A DNA stretch of 64,000 bases, from positions 18,662,001 through 18,726,000 of the forward strand of contig NC_045138.2 in NCBI RefSeq assembly GCF_008831285.2, written 5' to 3'. The notes beneath the pieces are model-generated. The model worked only from the letters and a program-made list of their open reading frames with translations, was not told the origin of the DNA and did not search any database. Position numbers and translations under genes: made by a program. This DNA comes from Nymphaea colorata (taxonomy: Eukaryota). Positions 21,523 to 36,000 of the stretch are shown here, piece after piece. The stretch's first letter is position 1. Every line of letters starts with the position of its first letter.

Positions 21523-23596
21523 AGTGTTGGAGATTTGATAGTCTGGCCAAATTAGTTTAGATACGGGTCAAGTTAAACTCTTATTCGATCCATTTGAATG
21601 CGAGCAAATTTGGTCCCGCCCTATGACTACGAAGTACAAACGAGAGCCTCATCCACACCCAACTTCTCTGCCCCACTTCGTCATTCTTCGGCCTCTGCTC
21701 CTTCCAACGCTAGAAGGAAAACGGTGTCCAGATAGTGCAGCTTGTAGCATTCTGCCGATCCCGCCGAAACGGGAGGTTCTGGAAGCCGGTAGTAAGGTAA
21801 GGCTTATGGGTATTCTCTTCTTCTTGTACTTCTGTTGTTGATTTTTATTTTCACGTAAACTTTCGGAAAATGGAGAACTCTAGAAATTTTCAGATTGGTT
21901 CTTCAGTTTTCTGCGATAGGCCCATGACTTTTTTTTTTTTTACTGAAGATTTAGTGTGTACGTGAGTGTATTCTATTGTTTTTATTGGAGTTTAGACTCT
22001 CTGGTAGCAAGGCTGTTGCTCTTTACAGAGGAGAACTCCCTAACTATTGAGTGGAAAAAATGAAAATTGTCGCTCATTTGAGTTTGTGAGTATGAACTTT
22101 GTCGAAAGATGCGATTGCTGCGAGACAGGGTACTTCATAGCGTATAAATTTAGCAAAATGTTATACTTGATGATGATTGTTCGAAAGATGATATCTAAAG
22201 TAGAAGTCTATGCATGTGGGAACGAAATTGAGACTCCTTTCTCCGTGTACTTAAACTAAAGATCTTCAAGGAAGAGGGTTTTTTCATCTCTTCTCCAGAA
22301 TGCATCATCTTCCGTTCAATAGCTAACGATCAGACACGTATTTGTTTAAACTCTGTCATCAGCATCTCAAATGGTCATGTCTGCATTTCTTCTATCATTT
22401 ATTCGGTGGGAAAATATTCATTCTTCTGTTTTGATCTCGTAATAGTTGGTTCATAATTCTATAATAGAGGGAGAAGTCGTTGAAAGTTTATCAACAGTCG
22501 TGGTCCTTGTGGACATCCATATCAACGTGCACCAATTATGGTCATAAACCACGTATTTTCATCAAAGCATACCTTTACATGCTCTTAAATGCCCTAAATC
22601 TGGGAGCTATGTGCATCCTGAAGCTTTGTATAACACTTGAATGAGCAGTCATACTTCACGGTATGTCACCATGGCGATCACGCTGATTCTCAAAGGTACA
22701 TGTTCACAGTAACATTATTTTTCAGAATATTCCGGAGAAAGAGAGAGAAGGAGAGGGAGAAATGATGAACAGGACAAAGACGAGCTGCTTCATCAATGCA
22801 AAGAGGCAGATATTTTCATTTTGAGAAGGTCCTTCAAACAAATGAGGGCTTATGGTTTGCTATGTAGTTCTCCCTTTTTTTCATGAAATGTGCGGCTCAA
22901 TCGTTTTTAGCTTGGAAGAGTGGGTGCATTTTTCATTTTGAACTTTTTGGCAGTGATAAACTGATAACTATGGCTCAAATGGTAATTGCAATTGGTTTTT
23001 TGAATCTCTTGCTGACTTTGTCTAGTGCCAAAAATCTTAAGTTTTGGTGCTTTAGTTTTCTAAAATTAATGAACATGATTCTTGGGTATTTTAATGTTGT
23101 GTCTATACTTTCTCTTTTTAGTATTTATGGAGTCATTTATGAAGAACATTCATATACAGATAGGTGGTTTGATGCTTGTCTTCCGTAACATAATCGGCAT
23201 GCTCAAGACCCACCAATTTGGCTCTAGGAGGGTCTTATACAAGTTTGTGCTCATGATGGTTGATGTTTCATATGATGCTATGCCAAACCCTCCTTTTGAG
23301 GTTCCTTTCTCTTTCTTCCTTGAAGTTCCTCTTTCCACAGGTGTTGAAACCTACTTTATAAACTTTTCAAATGTCTTCAATTTTCTGCTTCCTAGAAGTT
23401 CCACTGTGGCTGTCTTTTTAGCCACTTATTTTATCCTGGAGTATTGCTTGTTTCTCTATATACCGGTTATCAATACTACTACGAATGTGCTTTTAATGTT
23501 TCTCTTATTGGTTTGGATTCTGAATATACTATTTGATGAAACATGGTACAGTTGCTATCAAGGACAAAAGTGATCTAGAAATTTTATTTACCCTTT

Positions 23597-25356
<1,760 letters not shown>

Positions 25357-26604
25357 AATTCTTGCAAGTGGGCTGCTAGCTTGTTAGTTGTATCTATTCA
25401 CATGCTTAGATTATTACACTTAAAGAGGATTGAAGCTGTCGTTGGTTGGTAGCATACCTATCGTCACTTCTTAGGGTCATACTCTTGTTGTTACCTCAGA
25501 GGGCTGTCACTTATCTAATGGTTTTTGTACTTGAAAAGGGTCTACTCGGGATGCACTTTTATTGCCATAATTTAGTAAAGATCTGCCGAAAGGCAGCTCT
25601 CCTCAAAAGAGTTCGTTGTTTTTTAATGAATTAGCTAATCCTCAACGCTGCCATTTTATCCAAGTCTAAACATAGTCAACAATATCGTTGAAATTTTATG
25701 ATGCTTCTGTAAATATCTCCAAACTATTGACATAAGTCAATTTGAGAGAATTCATGCGATATTTTCATAATAGCACCAAAGGAAATTTATTCTAATATTA
25801 AACTCATATTTTTTTTAACTATTTTTCTATTAATTCTTGAGACCTTTTTTGAGAAAACGTCGTTGAAATATTTGAGAGGACCAGAGGACCATAGCCTATG
25901 TTGCACAGAGCTGCACTAACTTTGTTTTCTTTTTCCAACTTCTTTGTAAGCTGGCCGACTGATGTTGTTTTTAAGTTATATTTCTGTTGCATGCTGCGAT
26001 CTTACTGCGGAAGTTGGTTCTCTTCTTTTCGTTTGGATGCTTCCAATTCAGGAGTTATTCTGGGGCTAGCTTCCTTCTCGCCAGGATCCCCATAGTTTTC
26101 TCTTTTGGCGTACTTTGTTTCTTTCATGTTCATACTGTATGGAATTTTTTTCTGCAATAAGCAGGGATAACTTAGCTAGCCTGAGATATTTCTGCTAAGC
26201 CTTTTAGAAGGATTCAACCCTGCGTCTGATCACTGATTAAAATTGTAGTTTTCCTTGTTTGAGGACAAAACCAATCCCATTCACAAGAAGAGGCTACGTG
26301 CTGAACATTTTAGTTGTTACTATCAATTGGATGGAGTTTTCAGCCACACAAACACTTCCCTTTATTGCAAGCTAGTTTTTTTCTTTTGGTTGAAGTAATG
26401 ACGACATAACCAGGTTAAGGGATTCACCGTCAAGAAGACTTATGTCCAGGCTAATGAATATTGGAAGAAGTGGGCTGACGCGCCCATCTATAGAGCTTGC
26501 ATAAACTTGGCCTTAAGTATTGCTCTTCAGAGAGTTTTGAACAATTTTGAGGCTTGATGAGGAAATTATTTTAGGCAATTGCAACACATCTTTGGGCTTC
26601 ATAT

Positions 26605-26675
26605 TAGGGTGGGCATTGGGCCAGCCCGGGTCGGCCTGACGGGCCCGAAACTCGGACCCAGGCCCGGCCCGGTTA
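26605..26675. mobile_element. GC-rich MITE end fragment (TAGGG terminus, GGCCC repeats)
   Basis: tagggtgggcattgggccagcccgggtcggcctgacgggcccg...ggcccggcccgg in otherwise AT-rich DNA. Confidence 0.45.
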
Positions 26676-26767
26676 CAATAAAAAATATTCAACTAAACAT
26701 CATAAATAAATGAATAATTACCGAGGCAGAAGGAAGATGACTTGCTTGGTTTACAAACGGAAACGAA

Positions 26768-27044
26768 TTAAGATAGGAAAGCAGGTCTCCACGAAGGACG
26801 TTTGAACAGGTTCCTTGCTCTTGGCCGTTGCCACCCCAATCGCTCCAGGAACTCTTCAATCAGGCTGCAATAGCCATAGAAATGCAAAAATCAATCACAA
26901 CCGAACTTTCAGCTTTTCACTTCCACCTTAGATATGACTTGGCTACTGCCAGATAATCAATAGCAAATTAAGATGAAACATATTGACTTTTAGGCAAGAA
27001 AATCAAGTCCTAGGGGCTAGGAGCCCAAGAATGTGAAAACATGC

Positions 27045-27086
<42 letters not shown>

Positions 27087-30000
27087 TATCTTGGAGAACA
27101 AAGGAGAAAAAATGTTTACTCACAGGTTGCACATTTCCTTTTGTGCAGATGCCACTTCACGGTCTGGAAAACTCTCTTCCAATCGGAAACTCAGCCATAC
27201 ATAGAGGTCTAAGACCTGAATCAAATAAATAAATGAAAAATGGTAAATGACAAATGACAAATTAAAATGAGAGGTTTATCATGTGGTGTTCAACGTCCAT
27301 CTATTCAAACAAATGTCATACATCCAGTTTCCAGAGCAACTAAAAGATACTGAAAATTACCCCTTTAAAATGCAAATTGGATCTCGTTTCTAGCAACTGA
27401 CGGGAAGAAAATGAAACTATCTGCCTAAAATACAAATTGGATACCGATATGAATTTCCAGCCGGTTCGTTGCAGAAAATACAGATATGAATTTCCTTAAA
27501 TTGCGAGGCAATGTTTTTACACAGACGTAGATCCTGATTATTAAAGTTTTACACATATCCATGTCCTGATTAACCTATTGATTTATTAGAAGAAACTGCT
27601 AATCATGTGGACATGTTAATATACTAACAAAATCATGGTAAAATCACCTTGCTCTAACAAGCAATTGATACGTTTAATTAACACGCAATGGCCATGATCA
27701 TCGAAGTTGTAACTAAATAGTAAAAGGATATCAGCCTAATGCTCTTTTGAGCCATGAAAACCATCCGCTTCAGGACAGATAAATATACTGGAGACCTAAT
27801 TTGACTCGGAACACCCACACCAAAAAGAAAAAAGTTACCACCATACCAAATTCAACCCATCCACAAACTACCTATGAATCCTGAGTTGCTGACAATCAGC
27901 AGAGCTGAATCAGCTAAGTCTGCACCGGTTCAAGAGCCAAGAAAGAATGAGGGTCGTATAATAGGGTGCCTTTTCCTATATTGTGGGACATTGACATGTG
28001 CATCCTTCCCTGTCTCTTTTTAACAAGTGCAATGATACCTTTAAGGTAATCATAACAAACCAATCCATGAGGCTAAATTTTTCAACAGGAGAACTACACC
28101 GGTGCTTTCAAATACAGAGAGGTAATAGTATGAAGTATAAAAGTATTTTTAAGCTGCTGACCATGATTAACCTAATAAAAGGATCCATTTGCCTGAAAAG
28201 TGCAATAAAAGGGTTTATGAATCACAATTATGTACACTGCAAGGATGGGCCTGTCAATTTCCCGTAAGTCAAGGATGAGTATGGAGAAAAAACCTCATAG
28301 TTACCAGTCAATACCTTGTGAATAGATTCAAGTTCCATTAGTTCATTTTGTGACTTTGGCACTCGCAGCGTCCCGGGAGTAAATATTTCTTTCAAATGGA
28401 CGACTCCTCTTTTGGAGTAGCTCTCTGCAAACTGGTCCAACCAAGTAGAACCAATATAACTTGTACATTAGAAATTAAAGATCCATGGAGACATTAGATA
28501 TACCTGGACAAGACCTTGACCAGAAATTTCATCATTCATATCTACTGGGCTGCAAAAAAAATAACAATAATAATGCAACTTAGTAGAAGGCAGCTTAGTT
28601 ACCAGTTACAGATGTTTGAATTGGAGAACTGCTATTCCATACAAAGTGCAAGACTTGAATATACGAAAGGGATTTCCTTTTTAAAAACAAATTGAATCTT
28701 CTAAAAACGTCAAAGAAAAATGAACCCTTCAAAAACTAGTTAAGGCAATTTTGACGACCGTGGCAACCGTATACACTATACGGCAATTCTCCATCCAGAA
28801 ACCTATTACATTAAGAATTGGTTGTTCGTTCTTATGTTTCTTTCTGCTTTAGTATTCTTAGTCCTCCATTACAACCCATAACTTTCAGATAAGAAATAAC
28901 TTCACAACCCAATAACCAGAGAAAATTACCTGATGCAGAAAAGGTATTTGTCTTCCAAACTTAATGGCATTTCATCAATAACAGCAGCAACTTTCTGTTA
29001 GCCAGAAAAGAGTGACATAGATTATACAAGTTGGATCCCAGTGGACTTCATCAAAGAATTAACCTTATTGAGCTTTGGAATGACACACAGACAATAATTC
29101 TCTGTAAGGTGCCAAATCCACAAGTATATGAACTATATCAAAGACCAGAAAAGCACATCATATACCAGAATATCTTCACAGTTAGTGATGAAATAAAATG
29201 GAGAAGTTTTGGCTTTCTCTAGGAACTGCTCCTGCAAAAGCAAAAACACAAATTACGAGCAAATGTCACTCCCAAATGATTGTGAGAATAGTTAAACTTA
29301 TATTTGCCATCTACAGACCTACATACAGACAGCATGATCATTTACAAATATAGGCATGTAAACCTGTAATAAGTAGAAACATATGACCAAAATTTTATGT
29401 ACTTTTGATACACGATACATAAAGATAGCAATATTGACCCTGTTCGCCAAGCATGATCACGTTTTGTCATAGCCTGCTTGGGCTAAAACACATACTGTAA
29501 CTTGTTTGCCACAGAAATGTTTATTGATGCTGAATGCTTTTATGGTTTCCATATATCATCCAATGCTTTTTGTTCTCATTTCAATTTCCACTTTTTATAT
29601 TAAACATTAAGGGGGACCTAGAGTCCAAAATTGCATTCTAACTGCAAAGAAGAAGAAACCAAAAATGCCGAAGTTCCACCACTATGGACACCAACAGCTT
29701 ATATGAATCACATTAAGATGATCAAATAAATACTAGTTATTTCTAAAGCCAGGGAAACTAGTATACCTCTAGCACCTAAATATACATGAGATGCTGCAAC
29801 TCTTTCTTCTAAAGCAAGTTGATTTCTAAGATAGTGAGACACAGTTGTAAAAGTCACATTGTATCACGTATCAGTTAGGCCAACCTATATGCATACGTAA
29901 GGCATCGTAAGCATATCATAAAATTTATTTTTTAAATTCAGTAAAAAATCGAAAAAATAGGGAAAAATCAGAAAAAAAAAAGGAAACAACAAGAAAAATG

Positions 30001-33000
30001 TTTTCCATATAAAACAATTCCTCACAGTACCATACAGATAAATAAACATTCATAATCCGTCATCCACACACATAATAATGATATTGATATGATAAGCATG
30101 ATAAAGTTTAAAGTCTTAAAAACTTTTACAGTAAAAAGCTTTACTGTTTTACATCACATCATCAAAAATTTAAAAACATAGAATCTATCTATTTATCTTC
30201 TTCATCTTCATTATAATCTATCTATTCATCTTTTTCATCTTCATTATAATCTCCATCCTCAATGCAGTGATTTCTCATTTTTCCCTTCAATCATTGATTT
30301 CTTGGCAATCTCTCCAAAATCACAAAAGCTGCTCCTCCCACATCTTTTAGGAATGCTGGAAATGAAAGGGAAGAGGAGGTTTTAAACATAAAATGTTTGA
30401 AAAGGGCATCGGACAACTTAAAAAAAAAAAAAAGGCAGGCCCGTATTGCAAGATATGGGCCGTATCCCATATCCTACGATACCGCGGAGTGGGGGCGTAT
30501 AGTACGTTACATACGATACAGGCACAATATGCCAGCAATTTGCGTATCTGCCCCTATCATATCGTTTTTCTCGAACGATATGATACAGATGGCACTGAGT
30601 GAGACTATTGTAGACAGGAGGTCTATGTACACCAAAAAGGAACTTTTATCACTTAGGTTCTACGATTCCATCCAGTGAGTAAGAAGGAAACGTGGATCAT
30701 TTTTCTTCTGGAAATGCAAAACATAGCAGGTTCATTACCTAAAGGCAAATCCAGCAACTAAGTTACTAACTATTTAAATCTATTCAGATCTGTTTTATAC
30801 CAAAATCTGATTTACATAACCTTTCAAGAAAATTCAGATCTGTTTTATACCAAAATCTGATTTACATAACCTTTCAAGAAAAACCCTGTCAGAGTGACTG
30901 CATCATGAACAATTAGAATTTACTCAAAGCCCGGCAGAGATAAAGCTTACCAGCATATGATAAAACCCAACTTTGGGATGTAATCTGGAGTATAAGAACA
31001 ACAGATCAGATGTAGGAAAGAGCCCTGCACGCTGTAAAGACATATAAAAGAGACTATCTTAGAGAAATACATAAACATATATGGTGCATGTCTAGCAAGC
31101 TACAAGTAGTTAGATCTCATTACTTATTTTTTCACACAGATAGAGAAGTTGGAGAAAAAGGAGTACGGGCTTACAGCCTGAAACTAAAAGAGAACTGAAT
31201 ACACTCTTGTGTATGTGTTGTACAATTACATATTGTCGTATAAGTGTCCAAGACCTACATAAAACTGAATTAAGATAAATAAGATTCTACTGACTAATTA
31301 ATTATAATCTGAGACAAACTTTCCTACTCATTGTGTACCCATTGATATCTGTCATTTATCCACAAAAAAGGGTTACGTTTGAGGGCCTCGTGCGTGCGGA
31401 ACTTGCAAAGTATAGAAAAAACATTGACATATTAGAAAAACTGACAGATAAAATGTGAACAAGTCAACGTGATTCAACAGAAAATGATATATACAACTGC
31501 CAGAGTAAAGGCTCATGCACTCAAGTTGCTACCGATAACCAAAGAAAACCTTGTCAATATTATTCCATGCATGTATAAGTGCAGTCAAATTGCAACAGGT
31601 GGGAATAACAGTACTTGGTATCCTCCCATACTATAGACTGATATTGCCCTCTTAGCATGCCGGATCACTAAATGGAAGAATGCTATGTGAAGGCCCCTGC
31701 TCCTCAACCTGTCTCTTACGTAGTTTTAAGGTGGGTTTGGAACCACAAGTACAGCCATGTGCATGCAAATGTACAGACATGAGTACATATACACAAACAT
31801 GTACAGGTAATAATCAGATAAATCATGTGCAGGGAGCAGGGTCCTGGACACAAATATGAAATGCAGTCACTCCTGCACTTAGTGACTGAGATCCAGTGCT
31901 GTGCAAGATAAGTGAATCAATTAATGGTACTTGTGGGAATCTGCACAAATCAATTTTTTACGTGATAGCATCATAGCAATAGTCATTAGAGCTTTTTAGG
32001 TGATGTGATCAAACTGTACACTGCTACATCTTCCTAATTATTCTACTCTATCCAATCAACAATCTTGTTCAACTAATATGAAAATCAATGTTTCTGAATA
32101 AGGGGACATGAAACCCACTCTTCTGATGCTATTCTCAAAGACAATGCATCTTTTCTTCTTAGACTTTATATGTCTTTGTACAGCATTACCGTAAGCACAA
32201 TTTTGTTGTTCCCACAAGAACAAAAAACAAACCCGAAGCATCCACTTCAATAAATGCGACAAAATATACAAATTAGGGTATAAGATACACACAGACATAT
32301 GTCCACTTACCTCCAAAATAGGGGACGGTGATCTTAGAGATGAGTGGAGCAAAGGCAGATCCTCACCATCCAAGCAGGTCACCTCACCATTTGGAAATTT
32401 AGATCCATACCTTCCAGCCCTTCCTGGATCAAAGAATAAAAAAAGGAACTACGTGTAAAACTAATTGAACATATTTGTGAATTATCCATGTATTAACCAG
32501 CAGATCAGGAACTCAGATAGTGCAGAAGCAACTTGAAAATAGAACTACAGAATAGATCCACCCTTGAAGATATTGAGAAGGAAACTGAAAAATTACCTAA
32601 TCTTATGTCAAATCATATAACACACATCAGAAAGGAAATGGATTCAATGATTAAACAGAACTTGAGCAAAACTGAATCCTATGTAAAATTAAAAGCATAT
32701 AGGAATGGATCTAAGCACCTGCAATCTGCTTAATCTCTGAGACCGTAAGTTTACGCATTTCAGAACCATCAAATTTTTTCAATGTTGAGAATATTATCCT
32801 AGAAATGTTCAGATTCAGGCCCATTCCAACAGCATCACTAGCCACGAGAACATCAAACTCACTGCTTTCATCATTGAACATTGATGCCTGCAATCCTACA
32901 AAGAATTAACTTAGCTAACCTTTATCACGTTACCAAATGGATGCCAAATTAATTACATCTTACAAGCAATAACTTGGCAGCACAGGAAAGTTCATCCACT

Positions 33001-36000
33001 TTTCTGCAGAACTATCACGGTGCAATGATATAATTCACCAAATATTCCATTTCATGCTAAACAAGAACAAAAAAGAAACTTGCAGCCAACAAAATTACAA
33101 GGTCAGCCAAAATTTTTCACTTGAACTCCCTTTCTCGCCTCCACCTTACAATGCGCGCATCTAAAAATAAGAACAGGCTTGGGTTTGTTTTCTAAACTTA
33201 TCAACCATTCATTTAACCAACAAATGTACAAAACACAGATTGTGTGTGTTAATAAATCCTTGGCAAACCTGGAACAGAGTCATTACACATATACAGTTTC
33301 TATGGCTGAATTACCAATAGATGCATGACATAAATTCTTTCAGGTGCATCTGAAGCAACTTCGAAAATCCAAGTATCAACTGAGAGTCTCAGACTGCCCA
33401 CACAAGGAAAAGAATCTATATTGCCAAAGCAGCTGAATTCAAGTCAAGTTCATGGCTAAGCGCCTAGGAAACAAATAAACTTGGGAGGCACCAGATATAA
33501 ACAAAAGATACAATAAGCAGTGCAAGCATCAGAAATTCAAACAATTGGCATACAAATGTAGGGATAAATGAGATGCATACAAGGGAGTAAAAAACTTGGC
33601 AACACCTAATTTCAATAGCTGGAGACGATAGAATCTAGTCATCTTATGCAGTAAAAAACCAAGTACCTGACGTGTTCGCGTTTCTGGAGGCAATGAACCA
33701 TACACCACAGAGCAAAGATGCTTTCCTTTGGTTTCTATTTCTTTCTGTTAGTTAACAGCAAGAGGATAAGAACTGATCAGAAACTGCATGTAAATATATC
33801 TTAGGAGAACTTTAACTTTTAAATATCATGAGACCCTATTCATATAATGAAAGTAAAAGTTATTAAGTTGTGTTAGCATCTAAAGACATGGAAGGAGATT
33901 CAACAGGGCAATAAAGCACTATAAGAAGAAAATTGAGCAGGAAGCCAGCATCATAGCAAATGAAAGAAGAATCAATGCTAGAACCATATCGAAATTCGTA
34001 CCAAGAAAGCAAAACTCTAGACCTATAAAGAATATATTGAGGAGGCCAAGTTGCAATTAGAAAACCAACAATTTTTTATACATTTAGCACCTCAACTTAA
34101 GCAGCTTCCAAGTAGGCATCACATACAGTATTTCACAAAAGATTGATCAAGTTTGCAGTAGAGGGGACCTATGTGCCACATCTTTTATTTAGGAGTACAA
34201 GCATCAGAGAGGATCCCAAAGGTTTTAAAAATGCTTTTCCTAAGGTAAATAATCCAAAACCGTTAGACTGCCTTTACAATTTTACAATGTTGAGAATAGA
34301 TGACAAGAGCAAGAGTTTAGCATACTGGGTCTCAGATTCTAACAGACATAGAAACTCAAATGTGTTTCTTGAGTTTCGGCAAGATATTGCCGCATGAAAT
34401 ATTCCTGAACCCTTCAACAAAGGACATGAATCTAGTGGCCATATTTTTGCTTAGAATGTTTGGGACATCACATTGAAACAGAAAAGCAACAACTTCCTTA
34501 AAACTTAAAAACAACAAACTCCATGGGCACCATGAGCCACTACAAGAATTTGATCAAGAGGCATATTTTTCATGGAGAACCACCTCGCAAGTGTTTTCAT
34601 CTAACATAACATTTCTAAGCAAAAATGATTAACAGATTTAAGCAAAAGATACCATAGCATCTCCATGGTATTACCTGCGCTTTAGCAAATTCAGGCTGGC
34701 AGAAGAAAAGAAAAGGCCTCTCAATTAGTAAAACTGAGAGGCTCGCACAAAAGTCCAGTATTTCTGAAAGCACTTGTTCGTTTTTGTTATATGTCCAAAT
34801 GCACGAAAAAGGAAGGACATATTCTTTATAGGCATCATTCTTTTCAACAATCAACAAGAAAAACAACATATATATGAGCAGAAGTCTAATTAATTATGGA
34901 CGAAGATGTTGTTATTCAGACATAGTACCCATTACCTTATGATATGAGTTGTAATTATGGGAGAAAACCAAAATTATATACCTCTGAAAATCGTTGCAGG
35001 ACTGTGGTGTATTGCATCATGTGTACCTTATGATATCCCCTGTATCTTAAGTTCCAGTAAGATACTGGCATATCATGCTACACCTTCAAAACACAAAGAA
35101 ATGACCCGAAAAAGAACCTGGTGGTACAAAATTTTGTAGGTAGTTTGAATATTAAGTTTGTCATGAGAGGTAATGGGTATTCTTACACCTAAGTAATGAA
35201 AAAAGTAAATTCAAAGATGACTTTAAGCACCAAAATTAGGACTTTTGTGGTTTCTTTGTGTAAGATCCTATTTCTACCCCCCAACATGAATTTTGGAAAT
35301 GAAACTTTATGATCATGAGTTGCTCGAGCCTTCAAGGAGTAAGCTGTACACAGTAACACAATAAAGCTTGTTTATGTCCATTTAAGCATTGAGAGTCATT
35401 TAAGTTGTTGATTTCAATTATTTCTAACAAAAATGTGCATGTCTTCTACAGCATATTATTTTAAATTGTACACCAAATGTTTTATGCAATTCATGGACAT
35501 TTTAATGTGCAGTTGTAGCTTGATCTTGTTGCCAACATAACTTTTCAGTTTAACAGACTTTTCCCTTGAAAGTCTTTGACTGTTTTGGTCTTAATTTCTT
35601 TTTAGCAAAATCTAGAAATTCTTAAGATACTTTTATGTTATACTATGGTACCATCCTATTTTGGCTCCCACCCATGCAGGTTATGCTATGCATTTTACAA
35701 CATTAGTGTTGTACTCAGCTTACATGGGTAATCAAGAAAGCTGAATAGATCGTGTTTCTTACCTTCATTTTGTATTGCATGGGTAATAAGAAAACTGGAT
35801 AAGAGTACCACATTTCTTACCTTCATTTTGTATATCTCACGCCGTGAAAAAGTGACCACACAATCACCTCGTTGTATGTCACTGAAGGACCTAAGTGGAA
35901 CCTTTGCTGGTATAAGTGGGGAAAGCCTCTCATAGTATTGAACCTGAGAAAAAAGAAATTTCCAATTGGAAAAAAGAAAACACTTTGTGGTGCCAACTAA

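Noticed and set aside
22883..23573. Hydrophobic 101-aa and 163-aa ORFs upstream of BUD32
   Set aside because: T-rich leader-intron sequence yields Phe/Leu-rich frames; no homology recognised
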